A DNA stretch of 64,000 bases from a virus (Duplodnaviria; Caudoviricetes), in IMG/VR virus record IMGVR_UViG_3300027689_000001, positions 64,001-128,000 of that record. One strand, written 5' to 3'. Position numbers and translations under genes: made by a program. The stretch's first letter is position 1; every line of letters starts with the position of its first letter. The notes under the pieces are model-generated. The model was not told where the DNA came from, searched no databases, and was given only the letters and a program-made list of their open reading frames with translations. This document shows, piece by piece, positions 1 to 9,558 of the stretch.

Positions 1-1079
1 TCAGTTGCTTTATCATCTATACCTGCAATGCTACCAACACCAAGACCTATCAATGGAATCTGAATAGACAACAGTGTGTCAATACCGCCATCAATAAGAT
101 CCTGTGAGAGTTTTACCTTGGCATCTATCTGTTGCTGCACTTCTTCTCGTGCAACATCAGTGATGGTGGTATTCTCGACGGACGCTGCTAATGTTTTGGC
201 ATCAGTAATATGTCCAGCAGCAGTTGATTTTACTGTCGCGATTGTTGCTTTGACTGATGTTTCAATGGCAATGGTAGGATCAACGCCACTTAGAACTGCC
301 TTGATTGCAATACCAATACCTGGAATGTCTTCCAATGCACCGACAATGGCATTGATTACACTCAGAGTCCAGTTGTTGAGTGTAGTATTCAACCAATTGA
401 GGATCTTCTGCCATACTTCCTCAGCAGTCATCTCAGGTACGTCGACACCCAGTTTACCATCAAACTTGTTCGTCACATCAAAATATCCAGCAACAGTGGG
501 TTCTGTTGCTATCGCTGCTTTGATGATTGCATTACCAGATGTTGTGAACATGTCACCCACCGTGGCAGATGGCAGGAATGGTAATGGGATATCTAGTGGT
601 GTCGAGATACCAAGCAGTCCAATAATCTCGGACAGAATCTCGACTATCTTTTTCTTGAAGAAATGCTCGATGTTCTTGAACACCTCTCGTCCACGATATC
701 GTGCCTCCAACTCTTTAGAATGAAGAGCGGAGAATGGACGAGGTGATAAGAACGATTCGATCTGGTCGATTAGATCCTCGACCTGCGTCATCTTATCTAG
801 AACATCAGTAATCTGATCATCTGTTAGAGTTTCCAACGCAGATGTAATCGCAGCAGCATCAGCATCGCTGATAGAACCTGCCAATTTCTTGGCATCCCGT
901 ATCTTACTTAACCTATCATCGTTGGCAGCATCCACCGCAGTGGATAACTGAGACTTAATCTGTCCTGGAAGTTGTGCTACGCTGCGGAAATACCCATCGA
1001 GGTTTCCGAGCGATAGATCTCCACCTGCTGCAGCGCAGTCAAGTTCAGTTACAGTGGGAAGTTTGATTGTTACGGTCAT
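1..1079 (-). CDS. hypothetical protein, partial (runs off window start); probably late/virion
   Basis: Not in the ORF track. ATG at 1079 opens MTVTIKLPTVTELDC... with no stop to the window edge; AATAAATA late-type promoter at 1086-1093. Confidence 0.8.
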   Translation of the reverse strand, partial: MTVTIKLPTVTELDCAAAGGDLSLGNLDGYFRSVAQLPGQIKSQLSTAVDAANDDRLSKIRDAKKLAGSISDADAAAITSALETLTDDQITDVLDKMTQVEDLIDQIESFLSPRPFSALHSKELEARYRGREVFKNIEHFFKKKIVEILSEIIGLLGISTPLDIPLPFLPSATVGDMFTTSGNAIIKAAIATEPTVAGYFDVTNKFDGKLGVDVPEMTAEEVWQKILNWLNTTLNNWTLSVINAIVGALEDIPGIGIAIKAVLSGVDPTIAIETSVKATIATVKSTAAGHITDAKTLAASVENTTITDVAREEVQQQIDAKVKLSQDLIDGGIDTLLSIQIPLIGLGVGSIAGIDDKAT

Positions 1080-1088
1080 AAGACATAT

Positions 1089-1292
1089 TTATTCCTTATT
1101 CATAAGGCTCTTATGAATTTCCGCCATACGAATTATAAGATTGGCGACAGCAAGTACGAAGCAGAAAGGGAGCATTGCAAAGAAATTACTTTGTCCAATT
1201 GCAGTACCGACAATAATGAAATGCACAACCGCAATGCCAAGTGCGAGCAAGACTGCATCACCTGCGACCTTTAAGAATAGATTAAAAAACAT
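1089..1292 (-). CDS. small membrane protein (2 TM)
   Basis: Two hydrophobic stretches; abuts the upstream gene. Confidence 0.7.
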   Translation of the reverse strand: MFFNLFLKVAGDAVLLALGIAVVHFIIVGTAIGQSNFFAMLPFCFVLAVANLIIRMAEIHKSLMNKE

Positions 1293-1831
1293 TATCGACC
1301 GACCAATATATCTAAACCACGCTCCTGCCAGTTATCACAGATATCGGAAGAGTTTTCCCATAGCATGTCGTAATACTCGTCGCTACCCTCTTCCAGTTCC
1401 TCGAGAGCGGGAACCTCACGTCGAATCATTGCTTCGATTTGGTCTGAATCTAGGGAAGAACCTGTATTACCAAGAGCAGTAAAGATGTGGTATCCAATGA
1501 AGTTCGGACACTCATCCTCATATTCCACTTCGAGTCTTGCATCGGGATCGATTACGAGAATCTCTTCTGTCATCCACTGCACAAAATGCTCAGGCCAATC
1601 CCATGCGCTAACTAAACGCACACAATTGTCCCATATCGTGTCGACATAGCAATATTTCGCTCCGATGTTTTCTAGCATCCAGTCCCATGTAATGTCTTCC
1701 TTAGCAACATCGAACAATGAGGTTACTGATGCGTGCGGATCAGTATCAATCTTGGCGAACCACTGATTGACGAGATCCATTGCCTGTTCATTACAAACAA
1801 AAGCAACCCGAGTAGTAACATTATTCGCCAT
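1292..1831 (-). CDS. early acidic hypothetical protein (DUF1281-like)
   Basis: Own sigma70 promoter and AAGGAG RBS; motif W..ENIGAK...SAW..P. Confidence 0.6.
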   Translation of the reverse strand: MANNVTTRVAFVCNEQAMDLVNQWFAKIDTDPHASVTSLFDVAKEDITWDWMLENIGAKYCYVDTIWDNCVRLVSAWDWPEHFVQWMTEEILVIDPDARLEVEYEDECPNFIGYHIFTALGNTGSSLDSDQIEAMIRREVPALEELEEGSDEYYDMLWENSSDICDNWQERGLDILVGR

Positions 1832-1856
1832 AACAATCTCCTTAACGTATACACAC

Positions 1857-1885
1857 AGTATACGTCATTTTAAGACAATTGTCAA
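1857..1885 (-). promoter_or_regulatory. sigma70-type early promoter
   Basis: TTGACA-17 nt-TATACT. Confidence 0.85.
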
Positions 1886-2550
1886 GCCATTTTTGAGTAA
1901 TTTTCTGAGGTTTTTTTGAAGCATGCCCATGCTGCTTCTTGGAACTCATCTGTCATATGAGAGCAGAGTCCATACTTATCGACTGCGATAGAGATATCCT
2001 TATACTTAATCTCGCACCAGCGCCATACATTGTTTTTGATATATGCATCGTAGTATTCGTTGTCAATCACGTAGTCGTGTGCCATAATAATATCATCTGT
2101 CTTCAGAATACGAGAAAACAGATTAAACTCAGCAATTTTGTTACCACCATCGCATAGTACGAGAGTTTGTCCATCACTCTGAATGTAGTCACAGATGTAA
2201 TCTAAATCCTCAAATGCATCCATCACTCGAACATCGACTTGCCTATTGCGCAGTCTATCTGCGTGTCGAGTTTCTATGATGTCATATGTGGTAATTGGAG
2301 CATCGCGGACCTCTACGCCGCTGGCGAAAGTGATGTCTGTAAGTGCAAGTGTGAGTCCACCCCAAGCAGTTCCTATCTCTAGGACACGAGCGATGTTCTC
2401 TTGTGCAAACAGTTTCTCGAAAGCAGTGTAGAAGTTTTTGTTCTGTTGCGTGAAGATACCTTTGTAAACACCACCTGCCCACTGGTGGTTCCAGTTGGGA
2501 AAATCGTGCTCTGGATCATATGCTTCTTTGGGAACAACAAATGAAATCAG
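1882..2550 (-). CDS. class I SAM-dependent methyltransferase (non-canonical start)
   Basis: The frame is open well upstream of the tracked ORF 1882..2226. It contains motif I VLEIGTAWGG, then YDI, LCDGG and AHDY. Confidence 0.75.
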   Translation of the reverse strand: MISFVVPKEAYDPEHDFPNWNHQWAGGVYKGIFTQQNKNFYTAFEKLFAQENIARVLEIGTAWGGLTLALTDITFASGVEVRDAPITTYDIIETRHADRLRNRQVDVRVMDAFEDLDYICDYIQSDGQTLVLCDGGNKIAEFNLFSRILKTDDIIMAHDYVIDNEYYDAYIKNNVWRWCEIKYKDISIAVDKYGLCSHMTDEFQEAAWACFKKTSENYSKMA

Positions 2551-3113
2551 AATCCTCCATACGACCAGTGGACGGTGGAGTAACGAATACCCCCAGTAAT
2601 ATCATCGACTTGGTGCTTTACATAAGACGGAAACACCAGTAGATCTCCTTGATTAAAGTCGAATGAAATACGCTTCTCGTCAACGAATAGTGCAAGTTTA
2701 CCACCCTCAAATGTCTGACGATCAGAGAGTAATACGATTGCACTGATTTTTCGGATTGGTCGCGACACGTGGTTTGTATAGTTTGTTGGGAAGATAATGT
2801 CTGAGTGCATCTTAAACTTACCACCATCACGATACCGAATAAAGTTGTTCTCGCTGCAGTGCTCGAACACATTGATATTCCACATCTCTTCATTGAGTTG
2901 TACTACTGCTTGCTTAATCTTTAGGCAGTATGGATTGGTTGGATTAATCGAGCACTGCTCTGAGGTGCGTGCCTCGGTGATCCCAGAGTTATACCCACCA
3001 GTCGTCTGACTGTCAACTAGTGGTTTCTCAAGTTGCTCTTTGATAAACTCTTCTGCTTCCTGCATCATATAACCACGCCAGATAAAGGCAGGACCAATTT
3101 TCTCAAACGCCAT
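2547..3113 (-). CDS. 2OG-Fe(II) oxygenase
   Basis: HxD (MHSD), GG.L, FPS..H.V..I..G.RYS motifs. Confidence 0.9.
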   Translation of the reverse strand: MAFEKIGPAFIWRGYMMQEAEEFIKEQLEKPLVDSQTTGGYNSGITEARTSEQCSINPTNPYCLKIKQAVVQLNEEMWNINVFEHCSENNFIRYRDGGKFKMHSDIIFPTNYTNHVSRPIRKISAIVLLSDRQTFEGGKLALFVDEKRISFDFNQGDLLVFPSYVKHQVDDITGGIRYSTVHWSYGGF

Positions 3114-3436
3114 CAGTAATATATTCCCTTGAATACCTCTACTGGAATCTCTCCTCTGGGAATGCGATCATTAACATCGTATTCTAGGGTGTCCAGTGCA
3201 TATTGTGTAATAGATACTGCCCATTTTTGTTTATCTCCCAAGGCAGAAGTCAAAATATTTTTGGAGATAACTTGAAGCATAGAACCGATGGCAATTAGAT
3301 CCTGTGGATCATCGCAATACTGAATAGACTCACAGATAAAATCGTCAATTTCTTCGATCATAACATGCAATTTATCTCTCTTCTCAGAGAGAGTTAAACG
3401 TCGATGCTGACGAGATGGTATGTTTTCTTCGCTCAT
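3113..3436 (-). CDS. hypothetical protein
   Basis: ORF with AATAAATA at 3442-3449 just upstream. Confidence 0.7.
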   Translation of the reverse strand: MSEENIPSRQHRRLTLSEKRDKLHVMIEEIDDFICESIQYCDDPQDLIAIGSMLQVISKNILTSALGDKQKWAVSITQYALDTLEYDVNDRIPRGEIPVEVFKGIYY

Positions 3437-3447
3437 GCATCTATTTA

Positions 3448-3627
3448 TTACTCGTCAATACGACCTAATCTGTGAAGTAGATTAGAAATAACTACCACAT
3501 CTGGATGTGGGTCGCGTTCACTGACACCTTCTGCACGCAAGCACTCAACAAGATACGAGTGCAATGCACGCTTGATTACAGGGTAATCTGCTGGTGCAAA
3601 TGTTCCGCCTTTTGATTCTTTAACCAT
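3448..3627 (-). CDS. hypothetical protein
   Basis: TAATG overlap with the upstream gene. Confidence 0.65.
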   Translation of the reverse strand: MVKESKGGTFAPADYPVIKRALHSYLVECLRAEGVSERDPHPDVVVISNLLHRLGRIDE

Positions 3628-4268
3628 TAGTCCCACAGTCCTTGATAATATTTACCGAACAATATTGTTCCACGTTGAATGCGTTCTGAGTGTTTGACAT
3701 GACCTTCTTTGTCATACACATATGGTTTCACAGAGTGATCAAAAAACTGAGATTCATGATCTTCATCAACGATCTGTTCGAATGCCCAGATCATTTCGCC
3801 GAGCACCCATTCCCACCGCTTATGGTAGTTATCGTCGATATCATGATCAACGACAACAGGAACAGCAGTAGAGCGGCGAAGTTCCTCGGGAACATCAACA
3901 TCATCGACTTGACAAGAACTATGTGTTGATTTTCGCAGTTGCTTTAGCATTGGCAGAATGATTAGAGCAAGACTATGGTCCATGCTCCATGTATCATATT
4001 GATCGATACGTACCTTGATCTTTCGATCCGTTCTATCAATGATCTTGTTTACAGTAAGATTAAGCAAATCCTGCCAGATATCAGAAATCTTCTGAACGCT
4101 ACGATCCAACCAGTCACCAGTTTCTAGATCACCTATGCCCTCGATAGCGACAAGATTGACACCATTCCAGTAAGGAACTTGTTTGTTGCCATACTTGATG
4201 CGAATATAGCATTGCTCAAACCTCAAGGTTGTCCAGCGATTTCTATATGGTCCAATATTAATCTTCAT
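3627..4268 (-). CDS. hypothetical protein
   Basis: DTWSMD..LA.II.P.LK and LFGKYY..LWD motifs, as recalled from large myophage proteins. Confidence 0.75.
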   Translation of the reverse strand: MKINIGPYRNRWTTLRFEQCYIRIKYGNKQVPYWNGVNLVAIEGIGDLETGDWLDRSVQKISDIWQDLLNLTVNKIIDRTDRKIKVRIDQYDTWSMDHSLALIILPMLKQLRKSTHSSCQVDDVDVPEELRRSTAVPVVVDHDIDDNYHKRWEWVLGEMIWAFEQIVDEDHESQFFDHSVKPYVYDKEGHVKHSERIQRGTILFGKYYQGLWD

Positions 4269-4452
4269 GACACTTCTTCGAAAGTCCAGTTAAATACTCA
4301 TCACTTCCAAAATCAAGTGGATAATCCAAATCATTGACTGCTCGCACAATTTTGGTGATGCCATATACTGCCAGTGCCGCTACTCCGAACACTGCAACAT
4401 ATGGAATTACTTCAATTGCTTTTTGTTTAATATCATCAGCCCTCATTGCCAT
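4258..4452 (-). CDS. small membrane protein
   Basis: One TM segment; overlaps its neighbours; GGAGGT RBS. Confidence 0.65.
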   Translation of the reverse strand: MAMRADDIKQKAIEVIPYVAVFGVAALAVYGITKIVRAVNDLDYPLDFGSDEYLTGLSKKCHED

Positions 4453-4675
4453 AGACCTCCTCTATTTGCTTTTCTGTTCCAAACCACTTGATCAACTGAT
4501 CAAGCGAATCAATATGCTTCTGAATCTCGATGTCATCTGCTTCTTGGTCACCATATACAAACACATGATTGTTTGCGCCGAGATCGTTCAGAAATGTCTG
4601 GCGAGTTCTGATAAGTTCTTCTACAACCATTGTGTCGAATTGATCAGTGGTAAGTGTTACTTCTACTTTATGCAT
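4436..4675 (-). CDS. hypothetical protein
   Basis: Tightly packed ORF; GAAGGTGA RBS. Confidence 0.65.
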   Translation of the reverse strand: MHKVEVTLTTDQFDTMVVEELIRTRQTFLNDLGANNHVFVYGDQEADDIEIQKHIDSLDQLIKWFGTEKQIEEVYGNEG

Positions 4676-5063
4676 CTTCATTCACCTTCTTATATCGATT
4701 GTAACTACCGTCTGCCTCGACCACCATAATCTCGCCAAGATTTTGTGCCATCACACGCTGCTCGCCTTCTGCTACGATATATTCATACTCGCGCAGAGTT
4801 CGCATCACAGCATTGGCAATGCCAAACTTGTTGCGACCAGTGTCCATAGCATTTTGTGCTGCCTCTGCACATTCATTGTAAACTTCATCGGGCAGAGACC
4901 ATGAGATATCCATCGCATTGCTAAAATCGCCCACACGACGCAAATATTCTTGCCCACCATCAACTGCAACTGCACCACATGTGCAATTAACAAAGTCATG
5001 TCGATGCTTGGAGACAATCTTATCTCCGCAACTCAAACATAGTGCTGCATTCTCAACGATCAT
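4668..5063 (-). CDS. Zn-ribbon protein
   Basis: CLSC...HRHD...CTCG..VDGG. Confidence 0.75.
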   Translation of the reverse strand: MIVENAALCLSCGDKIVSKHRHDFVNCTCGAVAVDGGQEYLRRVGDFSNAMDISWSLPDEVYNECAEAAQNAMDTGRNKFGIANAVMRTLREYEYIVAEGEQRVMAQNLGEIMVVEADGSYNRYKKVNEDA

Positions 5064-5341
5064 TCTGCATCCCCATAGTTCAGAACATTCACGAAATCCA
5101 GTTTCTGGTCTTCATCCCAATCTTTAAGATAGACATTATCTTCATCAAACATACGAAGATATTCTTTCTTATCAATCTTGCGTGTAGATGTAATCATCTC
5201 ATCAACATGGAGTTGCGAGAACTCTTTAAAATCATCACCCATGCTCATGGTGACTTCATCCTTCGCGTCGGACGCATTCTTTGCCTCTACGACATACCGC
5301 ATACGGAATACGCTAACAGTTTCTACAAGATATTTTGGCAT
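5060..5341 (-). CDS. hypothetical protein
   Basis: Translationally coupled ORF. Confidence 0.7.
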   Translation of the reverse strand: MPKYLVETVSVFRMRYVVEAKNASDAKDEVTMSMGDDFKEFSQLHVDEMITSTRKIDKKEYLRMFDEDNVYLKDWDEDQKLDFVNVLNYGDAE

Positions 5342-5511
5342 TATTTCAACTTTCCATCATAAGTTCGCAACCATGGTTGCCCGACAACATACTTCGCTTC
5401 GAGGTCATCAGCAACCTTGTGCCAATAATCCTCAAACCATTCATTATTAGCATTATACGCTATTTGGCGACATTTGTCAATAGATTTAAACATCTTTGCA
5501 TAATTAATCAT
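5341..5511 (-). CDS. hypothetical protein
   Basis: Fills the gap between coupled genes; probable start MINYAK. Confidence 0.55.
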   Translation of the reverse strand: MINYAKMFKSIDKCRQIAYNANNEWFEDYWHKVADDLEAKYVVGQPWLRTYDGKLK

Positions 5512-5716
5512 AGGGAATATCTTCGTCCTGCTTACGACCCATATAATGGTCATCGCTCACACAATAGAACTGTGCTTGCAGTTGACTGTTAACAATAGTA
5601 CGAGTGACATCGCCCGCAAAAGCAACGCATTGCTCTTTGTTTGCAGACTCGTAAACATCCTTTGCTACAAACTCACCCTCAGCGGTAAACAGGAATACAA
5701 TCAACCAATAACTCAT
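5504..5716 (-). CDS. small hypothetical protein, hydrophobic N-terminus
   Basis: ATGA overlap; two Cys. Confidence 0.65.
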   Translation of the reverse strand: MSYWLIVFLFTAEGEFVAKDVYESANKEQCVAFAGDVTRTIVNSQLQAQFYCVSDDHYMGRKQDEDIPYD

Positions 5717-5946
5717 TTCACAACTCCATACAGAAGGATGGCGGTAATGAAACCATTGACCACGATCAGAGGTTTATCTTTCATCTCGTAAGCGGCATAA
5801 CCCCACAAAGCAGCACCAAAAATCGACAGAATCAGGTCTACCGTATGAAACTCAAATGCGCGACAGGTCGCGGCGACGATGACACAGGCAGTACCAATCC
5901 ACTTTACAGTTTCGAGGAACATATTTTTTTCTACAACTTCACTCAT
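5713..5946 (-). CDS. small membrane protein (3 TM)
   Basis: Three hydrophobic segments; ATGA overlap. Confidence 0.7.
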   Translation of the reverse strand: MSEVVEKNMFLETVKWIGTACVIVAATCRAFEFHTVDLILSIFGAALWGYAAYEMKDKPLIVVNGFITAILLYGVVK

Positions 5947-6146
5947 GCTAATTCATCATTCTTCAAAAACATTGCACCACCAAGCATCATCAGAAACCCG
6001 ATAATCATCTGGAGACCGAAAGCGACTGCGCTAGGGGGATCCCCCGCAACACAGTCAGCAGCAGCGCGACACTCGAGGTAAAAATCTTCAGCACCGAGCG
6101 CACCAGCGACGAGGAGGAGACCAGCGATAAGCAAAACATATTTCAT
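5943..6146 (-). CDS. small membrane protein
   Basis: First gene after an early promoter; AAGGA RBS. Confidence 0.7.
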   Translation of the reverse strand: MKYVLLIAGLLLVAGALGAEDFYLECRAAADCVAGDPPSAVAFGLQMIIGFLMMLGGAMFLKNDELA

Positions 6147-6174
6147 AACAAAATCCTTTTCAAATTATATACAC

Positions 6175-6203
6175 AGTATACCCTAAAACGGAGATAAAGT
6201 CAA
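6175..6203 (-). promoter_or_regulatory. sigma70-type early promoter
   Basis: TTGACT-17 nt-TATACT. Confidence 0.9.
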
Positions 6204-6538
6204 GCTTTAATTTCATGAAATCCAAGGGGAGCACAATAGTATAGAGTTCCATCAACCTCAAGGATGTCACCAACCGACATTGAGGAGCAGGGAGCGAGTT
6301 TGAAAATGTCTTCGAAATATATGCTTTCTTCCCAGAGATTCATTGCTTCGAACGCTTCTTCCATATCATCAACGTCAACGTTAGCAACGTGGGTGTAATA
6401 CTGGAAGTTTTCAGCTTTGAAATTACCTTCGAAACTACGATCGAAGTACGCTTTGATGCGGTCGCTAGTTTCGCCGCTGTTAACAGCAGTGATTTCAGCA
6501 TCGGTCAGTTGAATTTGGTAAACTTTAATCATTTTCAT
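6200..6538 (-). CDS. early hypothetical protein (YodL-like motif)
   Basis: SMSVGDI motif; own promoter. Confidence 0.65.
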   Translation of the reverse strand: MKMIKVYQIQLTDAEITAVNSGETSDRIKAYFDRSFEGNFKAENFQYYTHVANVDVDDMEEAFEAMNLWEESIYFEDIFKLAPCSSMSVGDILEVDGTLYYCAPLGFHEIKA

Positions 6539-6558
6539 TTCCTTTTCTTAGTATTACC

Positions 6559-6587
6559 ATTCTACCCCAAAACGTGGTAAAAGTCAA
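6559..6587 (-). promoter_or_regulatory. sigma70-type early promoter
   Basis: TTGACT-17 nt-TAGAAT. Confidence 0.9.
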
Positions 6588-6616
6588 GCCCCTAAATGAA
6601 AATGATTGAATTATTT

Positions 6617-7270
6617 TTAGTAAACTCGCATTTTTCTGACTATTCGGTTCATTATATCTTCGGTCGCACATACATTTAACACTAGCATGGTGCATCCATC
6701 AACATAGGAAAATAGCGAATGCGCCTTGGTCGTATTCATAAAATATGTGATACCTTCTCTTAGTTGCACAACCTTACCATCAAAAATCCAAGACATGTTT
6801 GATGAGTGAAATTTATAGAACGGCACGATAATTCTAAGCATATTATTAGGTAAACTGAATTCGTGATCTCTGTGCGGCGGAAAGAATCCACCTTTATCTA
6901 ATCGCAAGAAGTGTGAACGTCCCAAGGAATCACCGAAGAAATCAAACAATTCTGAGATCTCTGGTATCTCATATGAGAGTGAAGTTCTGACTTTGAAGTC
7001 TCTATCATAATAGAGTTTTTTTGTATGCATGTAGTATTCCATCAGACTTTCTAGGTCGGGAATACCAGAGTATCCACCATCCAAACTGGTCATCGATAAT
7101 CCGTAGCGATTAAACCCCTGCTTATATGTGTTATATTGCTTCCATTCTGGATGATTGACGATAAGATCTCTATATGCATTTACATCGATCTTGTGAAACC
7201 CCAGTTCCACCAGATCTCCATATGAGACGACAAATTCAGTAAGCGGATTAAAAGTTGCATTTTCCATCAA
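6617..7270 (-). CDS. Asp/Asn beta-hydroxylase-like 2OG-Fe(II) oxygenase
   Basis: LDKGGFFPPHRD...MNTTKAHS facial-triad pattern. Confidence 0.75.
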   Translation of the reverse strand: MMENATFNPLTEFVVSYGDLVELGFHKIDVNAYRDLIVNHPEWKQYNTYKQGFNRYGLSMTSLDGGYSGIPDLESLMEYYMHTKKLYYDRDFKVRTSLSYEIPEISELFDFFGDSLGRSHFLRLDKGGFFPPHRDHEFSLPNNMLRIIVPFYKFHSSNMSWIFDGKVVQLREGITYFMNTTKAHSLFSYVDGCTMLVLNVCATEDIMNRIVRKMRVY

Positions 7271-7938
7271 TTGGTTCCTGGATCAATTTTACCGAGTTGG
7301 TCAAATGCCCATTGTCGTTCATGACAATGATAGCACACATTACATCGACCCGCATTCAGTTGCGTGCAGGAGTGTGACAACTCTAGTAGTCGTTCTGTGT
7401 TGAACATGAAATGTAAATCTATTGTATGAGATTTATAGAGGTCGTTGAATGGCAAACTTATAATTTCTGGATATGGATTTTCTGTCACTCGAAACGGATC
7501 GACTGCAATATCAGATTCAAACGGCCAAGGTTGTGGTACTGCTCTCTGGTCTGCTAGGAAAACATGTAGGTCTGTGAACGTAGGATCGTACTTATCGAAA
7601 ACTGCTCGAACACTTTCGCTAATTTGCACCGAATGGTGTAGATCTTGCACATTTTCTGCACCAAAGATTATTGGTTGTAGTAGATTAATATCGAGTTTCT
7701 CATTTATCCAGTTTACGATGCCTGCGCTATGCAGTTCAGCACCATCTGTTTTCGGGACAGTGAAAATATATTTAATTTCATCTGTAGATCTTCCAGTTTG
7801 CATCAACTCGAGGCACATCAGATAGAGCAATATTGCACTATCAGCACCACTGCTCAACATTATACCAATGCTTCTATTTTCTGGAATCGTTAATTCAAAC
7901 GAATCTCTGCTATTTTCTGGTCCACACGTAACAATCAT
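7267..7938 (-). CDS. QueC-like PP-loop ATPase
   Basis: SSGADS PP-loop; C-terminal SC...CNVCYHCHER zinc motif. Confidence 0.75.
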   Translation of the reverse strand: MIVTCGPENSRDSFELTIPENRSIGIMLSSGADSAILLYLMCLELMQTGRSTDEIKYIFTVPKTDGAELHSAGIVNWINEKLDINLLQPIIFGAENVQDLHHSVQISESVRAVFDKYDPTFTDLHVFLADQRAVPQPWPFESDIAVDPFRVTENPYPEIISLPFNDLYKSHTIDLHFMFNTERLLELSHSCTQLNAGRCNVCYHCHERQWAFDQLGKIDPGTN

Positions 7939-7959
7939 AAATCACCTCTGCAATATTTA

Positions 7960-9558
7960 TTACTGTATAACATCAAGTTTTTGCTGTTTGTATTTCTCGA
8001 TAAAATCGACTTTTGTGTGTAATGGTGGTCTAATACCACCTAGATCTCGATACGACCCTAGCATATCCTGATCAGTTTTACCTGCAACATACCATTCGGA
8101 CATTTTCCAATGTTCTGCGCCAAAGTCCATCCAATCTTCTTTACTCCAGAAATTGTTGATAATCCACAATATTGCATCTCTTTCTGTCATACCTGTATTA
8201 CTTTTCCATTTATGTAGCATTACAGATGGGACGAGGTTGCGAGCAGTCATTTTAATTTGATACTTCATTTCAGGAGCAATAAAATTGCTTTGAAATACTC
8301 TTTTGAGATCAGGATGAGATTCATCTAGTTTAACTTCTTGCGGATCGATTAAAGTATAACCCTGCTTTTCATATGTCGTGGATAATGTGTTTTGTTTAAC
8401 ATTATTATGAGTGCTCGCGATGACCAATGGATTTAAATGCACATGATTCGTTTTCCAATGTTCGTAAATCCATTTTCGAGTTTCATTGAGCGTTTCGTCA
8501 GTTTCATACGGCAATCCTACAATGAGAGCGATACTTCCCCTATAATACCCATTATGTTTCATAAAATAATCTTTGGTATTAAGAATTGCTTGCTGAATCT
8601 TAGCAGGTTCCATCCCCTTACCGATAGCAGCAGCACTAGCACGATTAAATGACTCAACACCGTAAAAATGACCATTAAACTGCATACGAGCAAGATGCTC
8701 AATGTCTTGTGGTCTGGTATGTAGTAAGTCTGCTCTAATATATCCACCAAAGTTTGGTTTAAACGGCAGAGTTTCTACTACATTTGCATACTTTATAATC
8801 TTCTCGCTGTAATCATTAAAAGTTTCGTCTGCGATTGAATAGCGTTGTATACCATAATTGTCATAATTTCGCATAAGGTTATCTCGGAAATCTTCAGAGC
8901 ATCTAGTATGGTCATCTTTAACTCCCAGAACGGGATATGTGCAGAACGCACATTTAAACCTGCATCCACGACTTGTTTCTATAGTAACTGATTCGAACGA
9001 GTTCATGAAATCTCGTTTTTCATAATCAACTGAAAGGTTACGCATCGGATACGCAGGATATTGTTTTAGTGCATGAACAGTTCTTCTTGTATTGCCTTCT
9101 TTATCGATTATTTCTTCTGTGGACTTTACAGTACCTTTTAAGATTTCTAAAATTGCAAGTTCACCATAACCTACTACCATGTAGTCTGCTGGAATAAAGT
9201 GCAGATTGTAAAAATCAGTTGCTCCTGTTACTAATATAACATCTGGATAGGTCTGCTTCAACCAAGTAAAACAACGAACGAGAGTTTTTGTATTCATGTT
9301 GAATATTGCTCCCAGACCAACAAACTTCATTTTTGAAGTCATCCGCGAACGAATCAATTGTTGGAATTCTTCAAATTTCCAAGAAGGAGCAAAATCTACG
9401 ACTTCAATGTCGAGACCATGTTGGCGCAAAAACGAGGCAATTCTATGAGAACCTGCGCTTCTGTGAAGAGAACTATAACTTAGACCATCAATATCCTGTA
9501 TTCGTGTGTGTTCATCTACATTTATCATTCCACCAAAAATTATACCATCTAATGCCAT
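7960..9558 (-). CDS. B12-binding-domain radical SAM enzyme
   Basis: ETSRGCRFKCAFC, IADETFN, GVES and IVGLPYET motifs; long N-terminal domain. Confidence 0.85.
   Translation of the reverse strand: MALDGIIFGGMINVDEHTRIQDIDGLSYSSLHRSAGSHRIASFLRQHGLDIEVVDFAPSWKFEEFQQLIRSRMTSKMKFVGLGAIFNMNTKTLVRCFTWLKQTYPDVILVTGATDFYNLHFIPADYMVVGYGELAILEILKGTVKSTEEIIDKEGNTRRTVHALKQYPAYPMRNLSVDYEKRDFMNSFESVTIETSRGCRFKCAFCTYPVLGVKDDHTRCSEDFRDNLMRNYDNYGIQRYSIADETFNDYSEKIIKYANVVETLPFKPNFGGYIRADLLHTRPQDIEHLARMQFNGHFYGVESFNRASAAAIGKGMEPAKIQQAILNTKDYFMKHNGYYRGSIALIVGLPYETDETLNETRKWIYEHWKTNHVHLNPLVIASTHNNVKQNTLSTTYEKQGYTLIDPQEVKLDESHPDLKRVFQSNFIAPEMKYQIKMTARNLVPSVMLHKWKSNTGMTERDAILWIINNFWSKEDWMDFGAEHWKMSEWYVAGKTDQDMLGSYRDLGGIRPPLHTKVDFIEKYKQQKLDVIQ

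Noticed and set aside
2282-2482. 66-aa minus-strand ORF
   Set aside because: It is an out-of-frame overlap with the methyltransferase frame that carries the SAM-binding motif.
7267-7938. 7-deazaguanine DNA modification pathway
   Set aside because: Only a divergent QueC-like gene is present; no folE, queD or dpdA is recognisable in this window.
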